From the NCBI GenBank assembly GCA_022627495.1, contig JAKEGJ010000021.1, forward strand, positions 78,612-142,611: a DNA stretch of 64,000 nt. Reading direction: 5' to 3'. The stretch's first letter is position 1, and each line of letters opens with the position of its first letter. The stretch is from Candidatus Micrarchaeota archaeon. GTDB taxonomy: Archaea; Micrarchaeota; Micrarchaeia; Anstonellales; Bilamarchaeaceae. This document shows, in pieces, positions 9,382-17,626 of this stretch. The notes beneath the pieces are model-generated. The model worked only from the letters and a program-made list of their open reading frames with translations, ran no database searches and was not told the DNA's origin. A program made the position numbers and the translations under genes.

Positions 9382-10470
9382 ATGATGGACAGGTTCATGA
9401 AGCAGGCATTCCGTTTAGCGAGGAAAGCAAATCCTTACCCGAATCCCCGTGTCGGTGCCGTCCTTGTGAAGGGAGGCGAAATTATCGGGGCGGGCTTCCA
9501 CAAAGCGCCGGGAAAGCCCCATGCCGAAATTGAGGCAATCCGGGACGCGAAACACAGGACCAAAAACCCGCATGCTGCGCGCGGCGCCACGCTCTATGTC
9601 ACCCTTGAGCCGTGCTCCCACACAGCGAAACGGACGCCGCCATGCACGAAGGCGATAATCCGCGAGGGCATCGCCGAGGTGGCCTTTGCCATGAAGGACC
9701 CGAACCCTCTTGTTTGCGGGGCTGGGGCGAAGGAGCTTGCAGGTGCGGGCGTCAGGGTGCGCGGGCCCACGGATACGGAGGCCGCGGGCGCCCTGAACCG
9801 CCGCTACATGGCCGCCATAACGAAGAGGCCCCTCGTCGCGATTAAGATGGCGATGAGCGCTGACGGGAAAACAGCCACCCGCACCGGCGATTCGCGCTGG
9901 ATAAGCTGCCCCGAATCCAGGGCGCTCGTGCACAGGATGCGCGCGGAATACGATGCGGTCATGGTTGGTGCGGGAACAATCGAAACCGACGACCCGGAAC
10001 TCACAACACACGGGAAGGGGCGGGACCCGTGCCGGATAATAATTGACGGGCGCCTCAGGATTGGGACGGGGGCTGGCGCAGTCCGGAACCGGGATGGGAA
10101 GACAATCGTTGTCATATCCGAAAACGCCGACAGGGCGAAAGCGCTCGCCATCCAAAGATGCGGCGCCCGCGTGCTCGTCTGCGGAAGGGATGATGTCGAT
10201 TTGAAAAAGCTCATGGTTGCGCTGTCAGCGCTCGGCATCAGGAAAATCCTGATTGAGGGCGGAAGCGGATTGAACGCGAAGGCCCTCGAAGCGGGCATAG
10301 TGGACAGGCTCTTCCTCTTCATCGCTCCGAAAATAATCGGCGGGCGCGGGGCAAAGCCGGTCGTGGGCGGAATCGGCATCGAATCGATGAAAGACGCCAT
10401 TATGCTGGATGGGATGACGGTCAGGAGGGTGGGCAGGGACGTTTTGCTCGAGGCCCGCCTCAGCCGCTGA
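9382..10470 (+). CDS. ribD: Bifunctional diaminohydroxyphosphoribosylaminopyrimidine deaminase / reductase
   Basis: PNPRVGAVLV, HAEIEA, TLEPCSH...TPPC, KMAMSADGK, DDPELT, LIEGGS. Confidence 0.95.
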   Translation: MMDRFMKQAFRLARKANPYPNPRVGAVLVKGGEIIGAGFHKAPGKPHAEIEAIRDAKHRTKNPHAARGATLYVTLEPCSHTAKRTPPCTKAIIREGIAEVAFAMKDPNPLVCGAGAKELAGAGVRVRGPTDTEAAGALNRRYMAAITKRPLVAIKMAMSADGKTATRTGDSRWISCPESRALVHRMRAEYDAVMVGAGTIETDDPELTTHGKGRDPCRIIIDGRLRIGTGAGAVRNRDGKTIVVISENADRAKALAIQRCGARVLVCGRDDVDLKKLMVALSALGIRKILIEGGSGLNAKALEAGIVDRLFLFIAPKIIGGRGAKPVVGGIGIESMKDAIMLDGMTVRRVGRDVLLEARLSR

Positions 10471-11620
10471 TGTTCTGGTATCCCAGTCCGCCAAGAAGAT
10501 CGTGCGCACGGAAGACGAACGAGCCGTCGGGCTCTATCGTATTGCTCTCGTTTAACCAGACCTCCGGGAACTTGTAGTAGTACTTGACCTCGTCCGAGAA
10601 GATGAGGGCGGGTATCTTCGTGATGTTGTACTTTTCCAGAAGCGCCATGCCCTCAATCGAATCCGCCTCATATGTTTTCTCGCTGACAATCACCACGCCG
10701 TTCGTCTGCGCAAGATAGCCCGAAAGCGTGCTGATGTTGAAGCAATCGGAGCAGGATGAATTGACAAGGTAGGTCGCGTTGACCAGGCCGCGGACTGAGC
10801 GGTTGTCCGCAAGGTCCACATAAGGCGGCACCATGTCGCGAAGGATAAACCATCCGTCCTCTATCGTCCCCATTTGCCTTATCTGCTCGAACACAGGATA
10901 AGCGGACGCCCCGTCCTCGGCGATTAGGAGCGCCGGGAGCTTGGTTATATTGTACTGCGCAATCAGCGCCTGGGCGCGGCTGTCGTTCTCGTCGTAAACG
11001 CTTTTGTTTATGAATGCCATGGAGACGGGCGGGCTTTCCAAAGATGAGATGAACAGGGCTGGGTCCCCGCACTCCATGCAGCCGGATGCCCGGATGCCGA
11101 TGGCCATTGCCAGCCCCACCACGGTCCGGTTCGTTATGTCATAATACGGGGGGTAATCAAACCGCGTAACAAGCGCGCTTGCGCCTTCGAGCGTCCCTAT
11201 GCTCTCGGTCCAGGCGCTGACGAATTCCGCATCCCGGGCTACATCGCCCTCGATAATGACCGCCGGAAGCGTGGTCAGGTTGTAATTTGATATGAGCGCC
11301 TGCGCTTCCGGGGAGTCCGCGGGAAGCCGCACCGCCTTATCGACCTGCAGGAACTCGGATTTCAGCAGAACAGCCTTGGCCTGCTCAAGCATCTGCCCCT
11401 CGGCGTTGCAGATGTCGCACCCGGGCGCTTCCACCATGGTCAGGTTCACAAGGCCAGACTCGAGAATCGGGGGCATTGTGTCATTTTCGGGCCCGGGATT
11501 TTCCGGGATTTCGGGGAGGCTCCCGGACTGGGGCTCGGGCTGGAGGAATACGAAGAAAACCGCGAACCCGATGACTATGCCCATGACGAGCCAGAGCAGT
11601 GCCTTGAAGTAGAATTCCAT
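10460..11620 (-). CDS. Membrane-anchored protein with three thioredoxin-like CxxC repeats
   Basis: CDIC, CMEC, CSDC, each followed by DSxxxxALxxxYNxTxxPA; N-terminal TM. Confidence 0.75.
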   Translation of the reverse strand: MEFYFKALLWLVMGIVIGFAVFFVFLQPEPQSGSLPEIPENPGPENDTMPPILESGLVNLTMVEAPGCDICNAEGQMLEQAKAVLLKSEFLQVDKAVRLPADSPEAQALISNYNLTTLPAVIIEGDVARDAEFVSAWTESIGTLEGASALVTRFDYPPYYDITNRTVVGLAMAIGIRASGCMECGDPALFISSLESPPVSMAFINKSVYDENDSRAQALIAQYNITKLPALLIAEDGASAYPVFEQIRQMGTIEDGWFILRDMVPPYVDLADNRSVRGLVNATYLVNSSCSDCFNISTLSGYLAQTNGVVIVSEKTYEADSIEGMALLEKYNITKIPALIFSDEVKYYYKFPEVWLNESNTIEPDGSFVFRAHDLLGGLGYQNISG

Positions 11621-11718
11621 GCCATCATCTGCGCTGAATTCGCCGCACCGATATTATTAAAATGATACCTATCATAAATGGAAAACTACTGACTGCTCAT
11701 TTTACTTCCTGTGATGAC

Positions 11719-12243
11719 ATGACGGACGAGGAGACGTTGAAGGCCAAGATTGAAGAGCTCGAAAAGAAGAAGGGGGAGCTCATCGACCGCATCAAGCAGC
11801 TGAACCGCCGCATCAGGTACAAGAAGTTCGAGCAGAAGGCGCTCGAGCCGTTCCTGGAGCAGACCAAGGACGTCCAGATCGCCCCGTACCGGAAGCAGAA
11901 GAGGGCGCTCGAATTCCGAATTGCCACCGCGGCTTACACTCCGAAGATGGAAAAGGAGCTCATCAAGCAGCTCAAGAAGATTGACGAGGAGCTCGACAAG
12001 GTTAAGGAAGTCGAGCGCGCGCGGCGCAAAATCAGGTACGTGGAGCAGGACATCCTGGATGGCGAGACCGAAATCGGAAAGATAGAGACCGACCTTAAAG
12101 TCATCCGCGACGAATTGCGCAAGCTCTACGACGAGATGAAGGGCTTCAGGATAACCGCCAGGAAGCAGGCGGCGGCGCAGGCCCGGGCCGACGAGGACCT
12201 GGTCGCACTGGGCGATTTGGCCATGATAGAGAAGGAAGACTAG
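11719..12243 (+). CDS. Archaeal coiled-coil protein
   Basis: K/E-rich heptads; LEFRIATAAYTPKMEKELIKQLKKI resembles the conserved archaeal coiled-coil family. Confidence 0.75.
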   Translation: MTDEETLKAKIEELEKKKGELIDRIKQLNRRIRYKKFEQKALEPFLEQTKDVQIAPYRKQKRALEFRIATAAYTPKMEKELIKQLKKIDEELDKVKEVERARRKIRYVEQDILDGETEIGKIETDLKVIRDELRKLYDEMKGFRITARKQAAAQARADEDLVALGDLAMIEKED

Positions 12244-12268
12244 ATACGCGCAGGGCCTTTTCTCGGAC

Positions 12269-12697
12269 TTATTTCATTTTATCCAGCTGTGCAAGCGCAT
12301 CGGCGACGATTTTCCCATGGTCAGCGCATAATTTCGGCATCTTGCCCAATTCAAACCATTTCGCCTCTGCCGCATCGTCCCCGCCTTTCACCGTCCCGCC
12401 GGTGCGCCGCACAAGATACGCTGCGGCGATTATCCCCCGCGGGTCGCGCTTCGGGTCAGAGTAGATGCCGACAAGCATGATGATTTCGATGTCAAGGCCG
12501 GTCTCATCCTTCATCTCGCGCCGGGCGCATTCTTCAGCGCTCTCGCCGTCCTCTATTCGGCCGCCGGGGGCGGCCCATTCGCCAAGGAACGGCTCGCGGC
12601 CGCGCCGGACAAGGAGGATTTTCCCGTCTTCAACAAGAACCATGTCGCATGCGAAAGGCCTCATGTTTGACACCTTATGGGTCGGCCCACGCGGCAT
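12269..12697 (-). CDS. Nudix hydrolase (ADP-ribose pyrophosphatase-like)
   Basis: Nudix box GGRIEDGESAEECARREMKDETGL; SDPKRDPR; GDDAAEAKWF. Confidence 0.9.
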   Translation of the reverse strand: MPRGPTHKVSNMRPFACDMVLVEDGKILLVRRGREPFLGEWAAPGGRIEDGESAEECARREMKDETGLDIEIIMLVGIYSDPKRDPRGIIAAAYLVRRTGGTVKGGDDAAEAKWFELGKMPKLCADHGKIVADALAQLDKMK

Positions 12698-12766
12698 CAG
12701 TAGCCATCAGTCCGCGTGCCCTTTGGATATTGAAGAGAAGCCACGAATGGCTTAAGAATGAGAACA

Positions 12767-13018
12767 CTAACGTAAAACCTTAACGTCCCAGATGAACTTG
12801 CTGCGCGTAGGCACTGCATCCACCTTCACGCTGATGCCATAGTCGTTGTTGCGGATGAGGGCGTTCAGGTCTGCGAGCATCTTGTCGTCCACCGGGTCCG
12901 TGTTAACCCAGGAGCAGGACTTGCGCGTTATGATGCAGTCTGCGATGATTAGGGCGTCGTGGTCGGTGATGCCGACACCCATAAGCTCTGCGATTATCGC
13001 TTCTGACCGGTCTGCCAT
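12767..13018 (-). CDS. Small hypothetical protein
   Basis: 83-aa ORF, host-like codon style, TTTAAA box ~25 nt upstream. Confidence 0.6.
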   Translation of the reverse strand: MADRSEAIIAELMGVGITDHDALIIADCIITRKSCSWVNTDPVDDKMLADLNALIRNNDYGISVKVDAVPTRSKFIWDVKVLR

Positions 13019-13066
13019 GCATTGCATTTGCGAAATAAGGTTTAAATTACAGCATGCGGGGGACGG

Positions 13067-13510
13067 CTAGAACATCCTGCTCTGGCCGGCAGAAGGCGCG
13101 ACTTCCGCAAGTACCCGGAGCACCCGCTCCCACGAAGGGTCCGTAATGGTTTTGGGGACCGCCCGGCCGTCCAGAAGCACGCCTGCGGCAAGCTCAACCA
13201 TCTTCTTTGCGCTCTCTTCGCAGCAGGCCTCCCGGCGTATAGGGACCACGAGTTCCAGGAGGAGGGCCGCATCTTCCTTCGAAAGCGTCAGCTTATTGCG
13301 GTATCCCTTCCCGTAGCCGCATGCGACTGCCATATAGGACTCTTCTGAAGTGCTGATGGCGTTAGCGGTCGGGCGCTTGTCCGATGAAAGCACCCTGAGG
13401 CCTTCTTCGAGGGTTGCGAATGTTTCGCCGCTCTTTTTCCACGCGGAAACTACGTATCCCATCGCCTTCTTCTGCCTGTCAGTGAGATTGTTCAGTTTTG
13501 AGCCTGCCAT
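13067..13510 (-). CDS. Hypothetical protein
   Basis: 147-aa ORF with TTTTATAA box ~25 nt upstream of ATG. Confidence 0.6.
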   Translation of the reverse strand: MAGSKLNNLTDRQKKAMGYVVSAWKKSGETFATLEEGLRVLSSDKRPTANAISTSEESYMAVACGYGKGYRNKLTLSKEDAALLLELVVPIRREACCEESAKKMVELAAGVLLDGRAVPKTITDPSWERVLRVLAEVAPSAGQSRMF

Positions 13511-13585
13511 GGCGATATAGTGGTTAGTAGGTTATAAAAATGTTGATAATTGGGCCTTTTGGCTTATGCCCTTCTTATGGCAACA

Positions 13586-13710
13586 ACAAAGAACGGCAAT
13601 CCGTTCTTTGTGCGTCATGGACGGTCCGCCCCGTCCATGCCGACCCCGGGAATGCTCATGAACGGCGCGCCGTTCATTGCGCCCATGGAACGAATCGTCG
13701 TTCCATAGGG
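13586..13710. repeat. Array of four related inverted repeats (hairpins)
   Basis: ACAAAGAACGG-caat-CCGTTCTTTGT; CATGGACGG-tccgcc-CCGTCCATG; ATGAACGG-cgcg-CCGTTCAT; ATGGAACGA-atcg-TCGTTCCAT. Confidence 0.8.
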
Positions 13711-13731
13711 AAGTCCTGAGACCACACAAAA

Positions 13732-13793
13732 GCCGGTGTATATACGGACGATGTTTGATGAAAATTTGGCCGGTGTTTATACGGTGAAAATTT
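13732..13793. repeat. Direct repeat GCCGGTGT(A/T)TATACGG ... TGAAAATTT (two copies)
   Basis: Copies at 13732-13747 and 13769-13784, each followed by TGAAAATTT (13759, 13785). Confidence 0.75.
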
Positions 13794-13911
13794 TCGGTCA
13801 GACGCTGTTGACGTCATCATATTGCCCGGACGGCGTAGGAAGCCGCTTGAACCCGGGCCATCAGAGGTTGTTCACGTCATCATTCCGTATTCAATTGGCA
13901 TGAAGGCGGAT

Positions 13912-14514
13912 TTAAACCTGCGGTTTCTCGGCTTTGATGAGGAAGATGCTTTCGAAGAAGAAGTTCTCGCTGTCCATCATCCGGACCTTGTAGCCCATGC
14001 TTTCCAGTTTCGACTGCGTCTTCTCGATTCCGTTCAGGCTGCTCTGGATGAGGAGGAGCGTGCCTCCGGGCTTCAGGTATTGGTCGAATTCGCCAAGGAA
14101 GCGGTCCAGCACCTTCCGGCCGTCCGCCCCGCCGTCGAAAGCGTGGTTGAGCGGTCCTTCGACGCGCTCCGCGTCGTCTGTGGGCAGGTAGGGGGGGTTG
14201 AATATGACGGCATCGAACCGCTGAACCCCGACCTTGGAAAATAGGTCGCTCACCAGAAAAAGCGCGTTCGAAAGCCTGTTCCTGCCCGCGTTCTGCTCTG
14301 AGCAGCGGACTGCTGAAAGGCTGATGTCCACGCCCAGGACGAAGTTTTCCGAATCGGCCTTCGCGCACGCAAGCGAAACGATGCCGCTTCCGCACCCCAC
14401 TTCCAGGATGCTGCCCCGCAGGTATGATGCCGCCTCGGCCAGCAGCTCGGAATCGTCAGACGGCGGATAGACATCGTCGGGGACATGGATGGCAATGCCC
14501 TTGTAGGATTCCAT
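13912..14514 (-). CDS. HemK2/PrmC-family SAM-dependent methyltransferase
   Basis: VYPPSDDSELL, LEVGCGSG, FNPPYLP, DGGADGR. Confidence 0.9.
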   Translation of the reverse strand: MESYKGIAIHVPDDVYPPSDDSELLAEAASYLRGSILEVGCGSGIVSLACAKADSENFVLGVDISLSAVRCSEQNAGRNRLSNALFLVSDLFSKVGVQRFDAVIFNPPYLPTDDAERVEGPLNHAFDGGADGRKVLDRFLGEFDQYLKPGGTLLLIQSSLNGIEKTQSKLESMGYKVRMMDSENFFFESIFLIKAEKPQV

Positions 14515-14533
14515 GCGATTTTATATGTTGGTT

Positions 14534-15180
14534 GCAATATAAAAACCGAGTATATGGACGAGATGCTCATCCTGCTCCTGCGCAGAGGGGCGCATTCCAA
14601 GGCCCTGAGGCTGACAACTGCCGAACTCGGCTCCCTTGCCGGCATGTCCCAGCAGAACGCCTCAAGGAAGCTTGCCCGCCTCGCGGAGGAAGGATACGTC
14701 GAGCGCGGGAGGGAGGGCATCCGGCTGACGAAGAAGGCATACGACGAATCCGCGGCCCTGTTCTCTTCGCTGAAGGCAGTCTTCGAAGGAACGCGCATGG
14801 AAATGGAGGGTACAATCGTCCGGGGCCTGGGCGAAGGGAGCTTCTACATGTCCCTGCCCGGGTATAGGAGGCAGATAAGGGAGAAGCTCGGTTTTGACCC
14901 CTTCCCCGGCACGCTGAATATAAGGCTGGATTCGGAGCAGGCATGGAAAAGGCAGCAGCTTCTCGACAGCGAGCCGATAATAATCCCGGGCTTCCGGGAC
15001 AAGGACCGCACTTACGGCGACCTTTTCGCATTCAGGTGCCGAGTCGGCGGCAGGGAAGGGGCGGTAATCGTCCCCCTGCGGACGCACCACGGGCCGGACA
15101 TCCTGGAAGCGATATTCAGCTTCAACGCGAAAAAGGAGCTGGGGATGGCGGATGGGGAAAGGGTGAAGGTCGTCATATGA
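14534..15180 (+). CDS. ribK: CTP-dependent riboflavin kinase with N-terminal winged HTH (RbkR type)
   Basis: HTH ELGSLAGMSQQNASRKL; GLGEGSFYM, LGFDPFPGTLN, PLRTHH. Confidence 0.92.
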
Positions 15181-16550
15181 TTGTCCTTGAGGGCGTCGTG
15201 AGCCGGGTGAGGTTTTTTCGCGGGAAACGCGACTACGTCCTGACAGACGGAAAGATTGAGCACCAGTTTTTCACGGACGAGCCAGTCCCCCAGGGCGCCT
15301 GCGTCGTCATCGAAGGCGAGATGGCGGTCGGCGGGGTAAGGACAGCGAAAATAGATGTCCTTGGCGGGGAGAGGGAAGAGAGAGCGCTCGCGAAGGTCAA
15401 GGCGAATGTGGCTGCGGCAGCAAACCTTCCGGATGCACCGGCGCTTCTTCGGGACGGGGTTGTCCAGAGCCTTTGGCCTGCGCTGAAAAACGGGGCGCTC
15501 GAGATTGCGCTTGCAAAGAAGCTCGGCCGCTCGGTGATGCTCCGCTTCCATGGCGATGCCGACGGCATCTGCGGCGCGTTCGCGCTCACCTCCGTGCTCC
15601 CGTGCAAGGCATTCCAGCAGAATTCGGCGATATACAGCGTGAAGGAGGCCCTGAGGGACATTGCCGCAATCGGGCAGGAAAGCCGGCCTCTGGTCATCCT
15701 CCTTGATTTCGGCTCGGCTGATGGCTGCGCGGAGGGGCTGGAGCTGCTTCGGGCGGCGGGGATAGACTGCATTGTGATTGACCACCACCCGTATTCCAGG
15801 AAGGGGGACGCGCGGATAATCAATCCGTTTTCGCTGGATGACAATGCCTCGAAATACACCGCGGGCTACCTCGCCTGCGAAGTGGCGGCGGCTTGCGGCC
15901 TTGAGAAGGAAAGGGCGCTTGCCCTGGCCAGGACCGCCTGCGCGGGGGACAAGAGCGACATACTCCAAAGCGGCCCGGAGGATATGAAGAAGGCCATGGT
16001 CCTGGATTTCCTCGCATCCCACGTGTCGTTCGGGAACAACCTCGATTTCTACAAGAAGGTGATGGAGAAGGATGAGCTTTTCTCTTCGATAGCCCAGCAG
16101 GCGGACGATTCCATACGGGATGCGGCTGCCAAGGCGATGTCGAGGATGAAAAAGACGGACGCCGGGCCGCTTTCAATAGCCGTGTTCTCCCTGGAGGGGA
16201 TTGTCGTCAAAGGCGAATGGCCGCCTTCCAGCAAGATAACGACCAGGGTTTTCGACACCCTCAATGGCGCGGCCGCAGGCGGCGGCGCGGAGAAGCCCCT
16301 CTTTTGCATAGGATACACCGAGCGCTCGGTGATAATGAGGCTGAATGGCAGCGCCGTTTCGCTCGGCCTGTCCGCAAACGATTTGGCCGGGCGGATCAGG
16401 AAGAGCATGGCGGATTTCGTCGAGGGCGGCGGTGGGCATGTGAAAGCGGGCGCGGTGAGGGCCCGCGAGGGGTTCGCAAGGGAAGTGGTAAACGAACTCA
16501 TCCGCGATGCATCAATCATCGCAGCCGGCGGGAGCGGGAAGGAGCAGTAA
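15177..16550 (+). CDS. RecJ-like DHH/DHHA1 phosphoesterase with N-terminal OB-like region
   Basis: RFHGDADG, LLDFGS, IDHHP, GGGHVKAG; ATG at 15177 overlaps the ribK stop. Confidence 0.85.
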   Translation: MIVLEGVVSRVRFFRGKRDYVLTDGKIEHQFFTDEPVPQGACVVIEGEMAVGGVRTAKIDVLGGEREERALAKVKANVAAAANLPDAPALLRDGVVQSLWPALKNGALEIALAKKLGRSVMLRFHGDADGICGAFALTSVLPCKAFQQNSAIYSVKEALRDIAAIGQESRPLVILLDFGSADGCAEGLELLRAAGIDCIVIDHHPYSRKGDARIINPFSLDDNASKYTAGYLACEVAAACGLEKERALALARTACAGDKSDILQSGPEDMKKAMVLDFLASHVSFGNNLDFYKKVMEKDELFSSIAQQADDSIRDAAAKAMSRMKKTDAGPLSIAVFSLEGIVVKGEWPPSSKITTRVFDTLNGAAAGGGAEKPLFCIGYTERSVIMRLNGSAVSLGLSANDLAGRIRKSMADFVEGGGGHVKAGAVRAREGFAREVVNELIRDASIIAAGGSGKEQ

Positions 16551-16615
16551 GGATTATTAGCGTAACCTCCTGAATAGAACTCATAGCAATGCCAGCGCTA
16601 CTTGTAGGTGAGCGG

Positions 16616-17626
16616 ATGAAGATAGCGATAAGCGGATTCGGCAGGATTGGGAAATCATTCTTGAAGGCGGCGATAAAGCAGGGCGCACTCGGCAGGGATT
16701 TCGATGTTGCCGCCATAAACACGAGAAGCCCGGCCGAGCAGCATGCGCACCTTTTTAAATACGACTCGGTCTACGGAAGGTTCGAAGGTAAGGCCGAGGC
16801 CAAGGACGGCAACCTCATCGTGAACGGCTGCCCCATCAAATGGATTACCGAAACGGACCCGCTCAAGCTCCCGTGGAAGGAGCTGGGGGTCGACCTCGTG
16901 CTCGAGAGCACGGGCGTTTTCCGCTCCAAAGCCGACGCCGAGAAGCATATCAAGGCGGGCGCCAGGATGGTTTTGATTTCAGCCCCGGCCAAGGATGCGA
17001 AGGAGGTCGATGCGACAGTAGTCCCTGGCGTCAACGACCACATCGTCAACAAAGGCATGTCGATATTCTCGCTCGCATCATGCACGACGAACTGCCTTGC
17101 CCCAGTGCTGAAGGTAATTGATGAAAAATTCGGAATCGAAAGCGGATTTTTGAGCACGGTGCACGCTTACACCAACGACCAGAACATCGTGGACGGCAGC
17201 CACAGCGACTTGCGCAGGGCCCGCGCCGGGGCGATGAACATCATCCCCACAAGCACAGGCGCCGCGAAGGCCATAGGCGAAGTGCTCCCCGCGCTCGCAG
17301 GGAAGATGGATGGCGTGGCGTTCCGCGTCCCGGTCGCCTGCGGCTCGATGAACGACATGACGCTTCTGCTCCGGAAGGATGCGACGAAGGACGAGATAAA
17401 CGCCGAACTCAGGAGGGCGTCGAACGAGGAGCTCAAGGGCATACTCGGCTACACTGAGGATGAGATAGTCTCCCAGGACGTCGTCGGGGTGCCGCTTTCC
17501 TCCCTGGTGGACGGGAAGCTCACGAAGGCCAAGGGCAGGCTGGTCAAGATTTCCGCCTGGTACGACAACGAATTCGGCTACTCCAACCGGCTTGTGGATT
17601 TCGTCAGGAAGCTCGCCAAGACCTAG
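16616..17626 (+). CDS. gap: Glyceraldehyde-3-phosphate dehydrogenase, class I (bacterial type)
   Basis: ISGFGRIG, KYDSVYGRF, ASCTTNCLAP, NIIPTSTGAAKA, WYDNEFGYS; AGGTGA RBS. Confidence 0.96.
   Translation: MKIAISGFGRIGKSFLKAAIKQGALGRDFDVAAINTRSPAEQHAHLFKYDSVYGRFEGKAEAKDGNLIVNGCPIKWITETDPLKLPWKELGVDLVLESTGVFRSKADAEKHIKAGARMVLISAPAKDAKEVDATVVPGVNDHIVNKGMSIFSLASCTTNCLAPVLKVIDEKFGIESGFLSTVHAYTNDQNIVDGSHSDLRRARAGAMNIIPTSTGAAKAIGEVLPALAGKMDGVAFRVPVACGSMNDMTLLLRKDATKDEINAELRRASNEELKGILGYTEDEIVSQDVVGVPLSSLVDGKLTKAKGRLVKISAWYDNEFGYSNRLVDFVRKLAKT

Noticed and set aside
13586..13710. CRISPR array
   Set aside because: The units are not identical repeats and the gaps are only 4-18 nt; no leader or cas operon.
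13706..13745. RNase P RNA (GGGAAGTCC and ACAAAAGCCGG resemble its conserved 5' and 3' motifs)
   Set aside because: The two motifs are only ~10 nt apart instead of enclosing 200-300 nt.
13824..13858. tRNA or SRP RNA fragment
   Set aside because: No cloverleaf, T-loop GTTCRA or SRP helix-8 motif.
14943..15176. N-terminal extension of the DHH protein in the ORF track
   Set aside because: It overlaps ribK in another frame; ATG 15177 coupled to the ribK stop is the more plausible start. The same applies to the extensions at 32582 and 56680.
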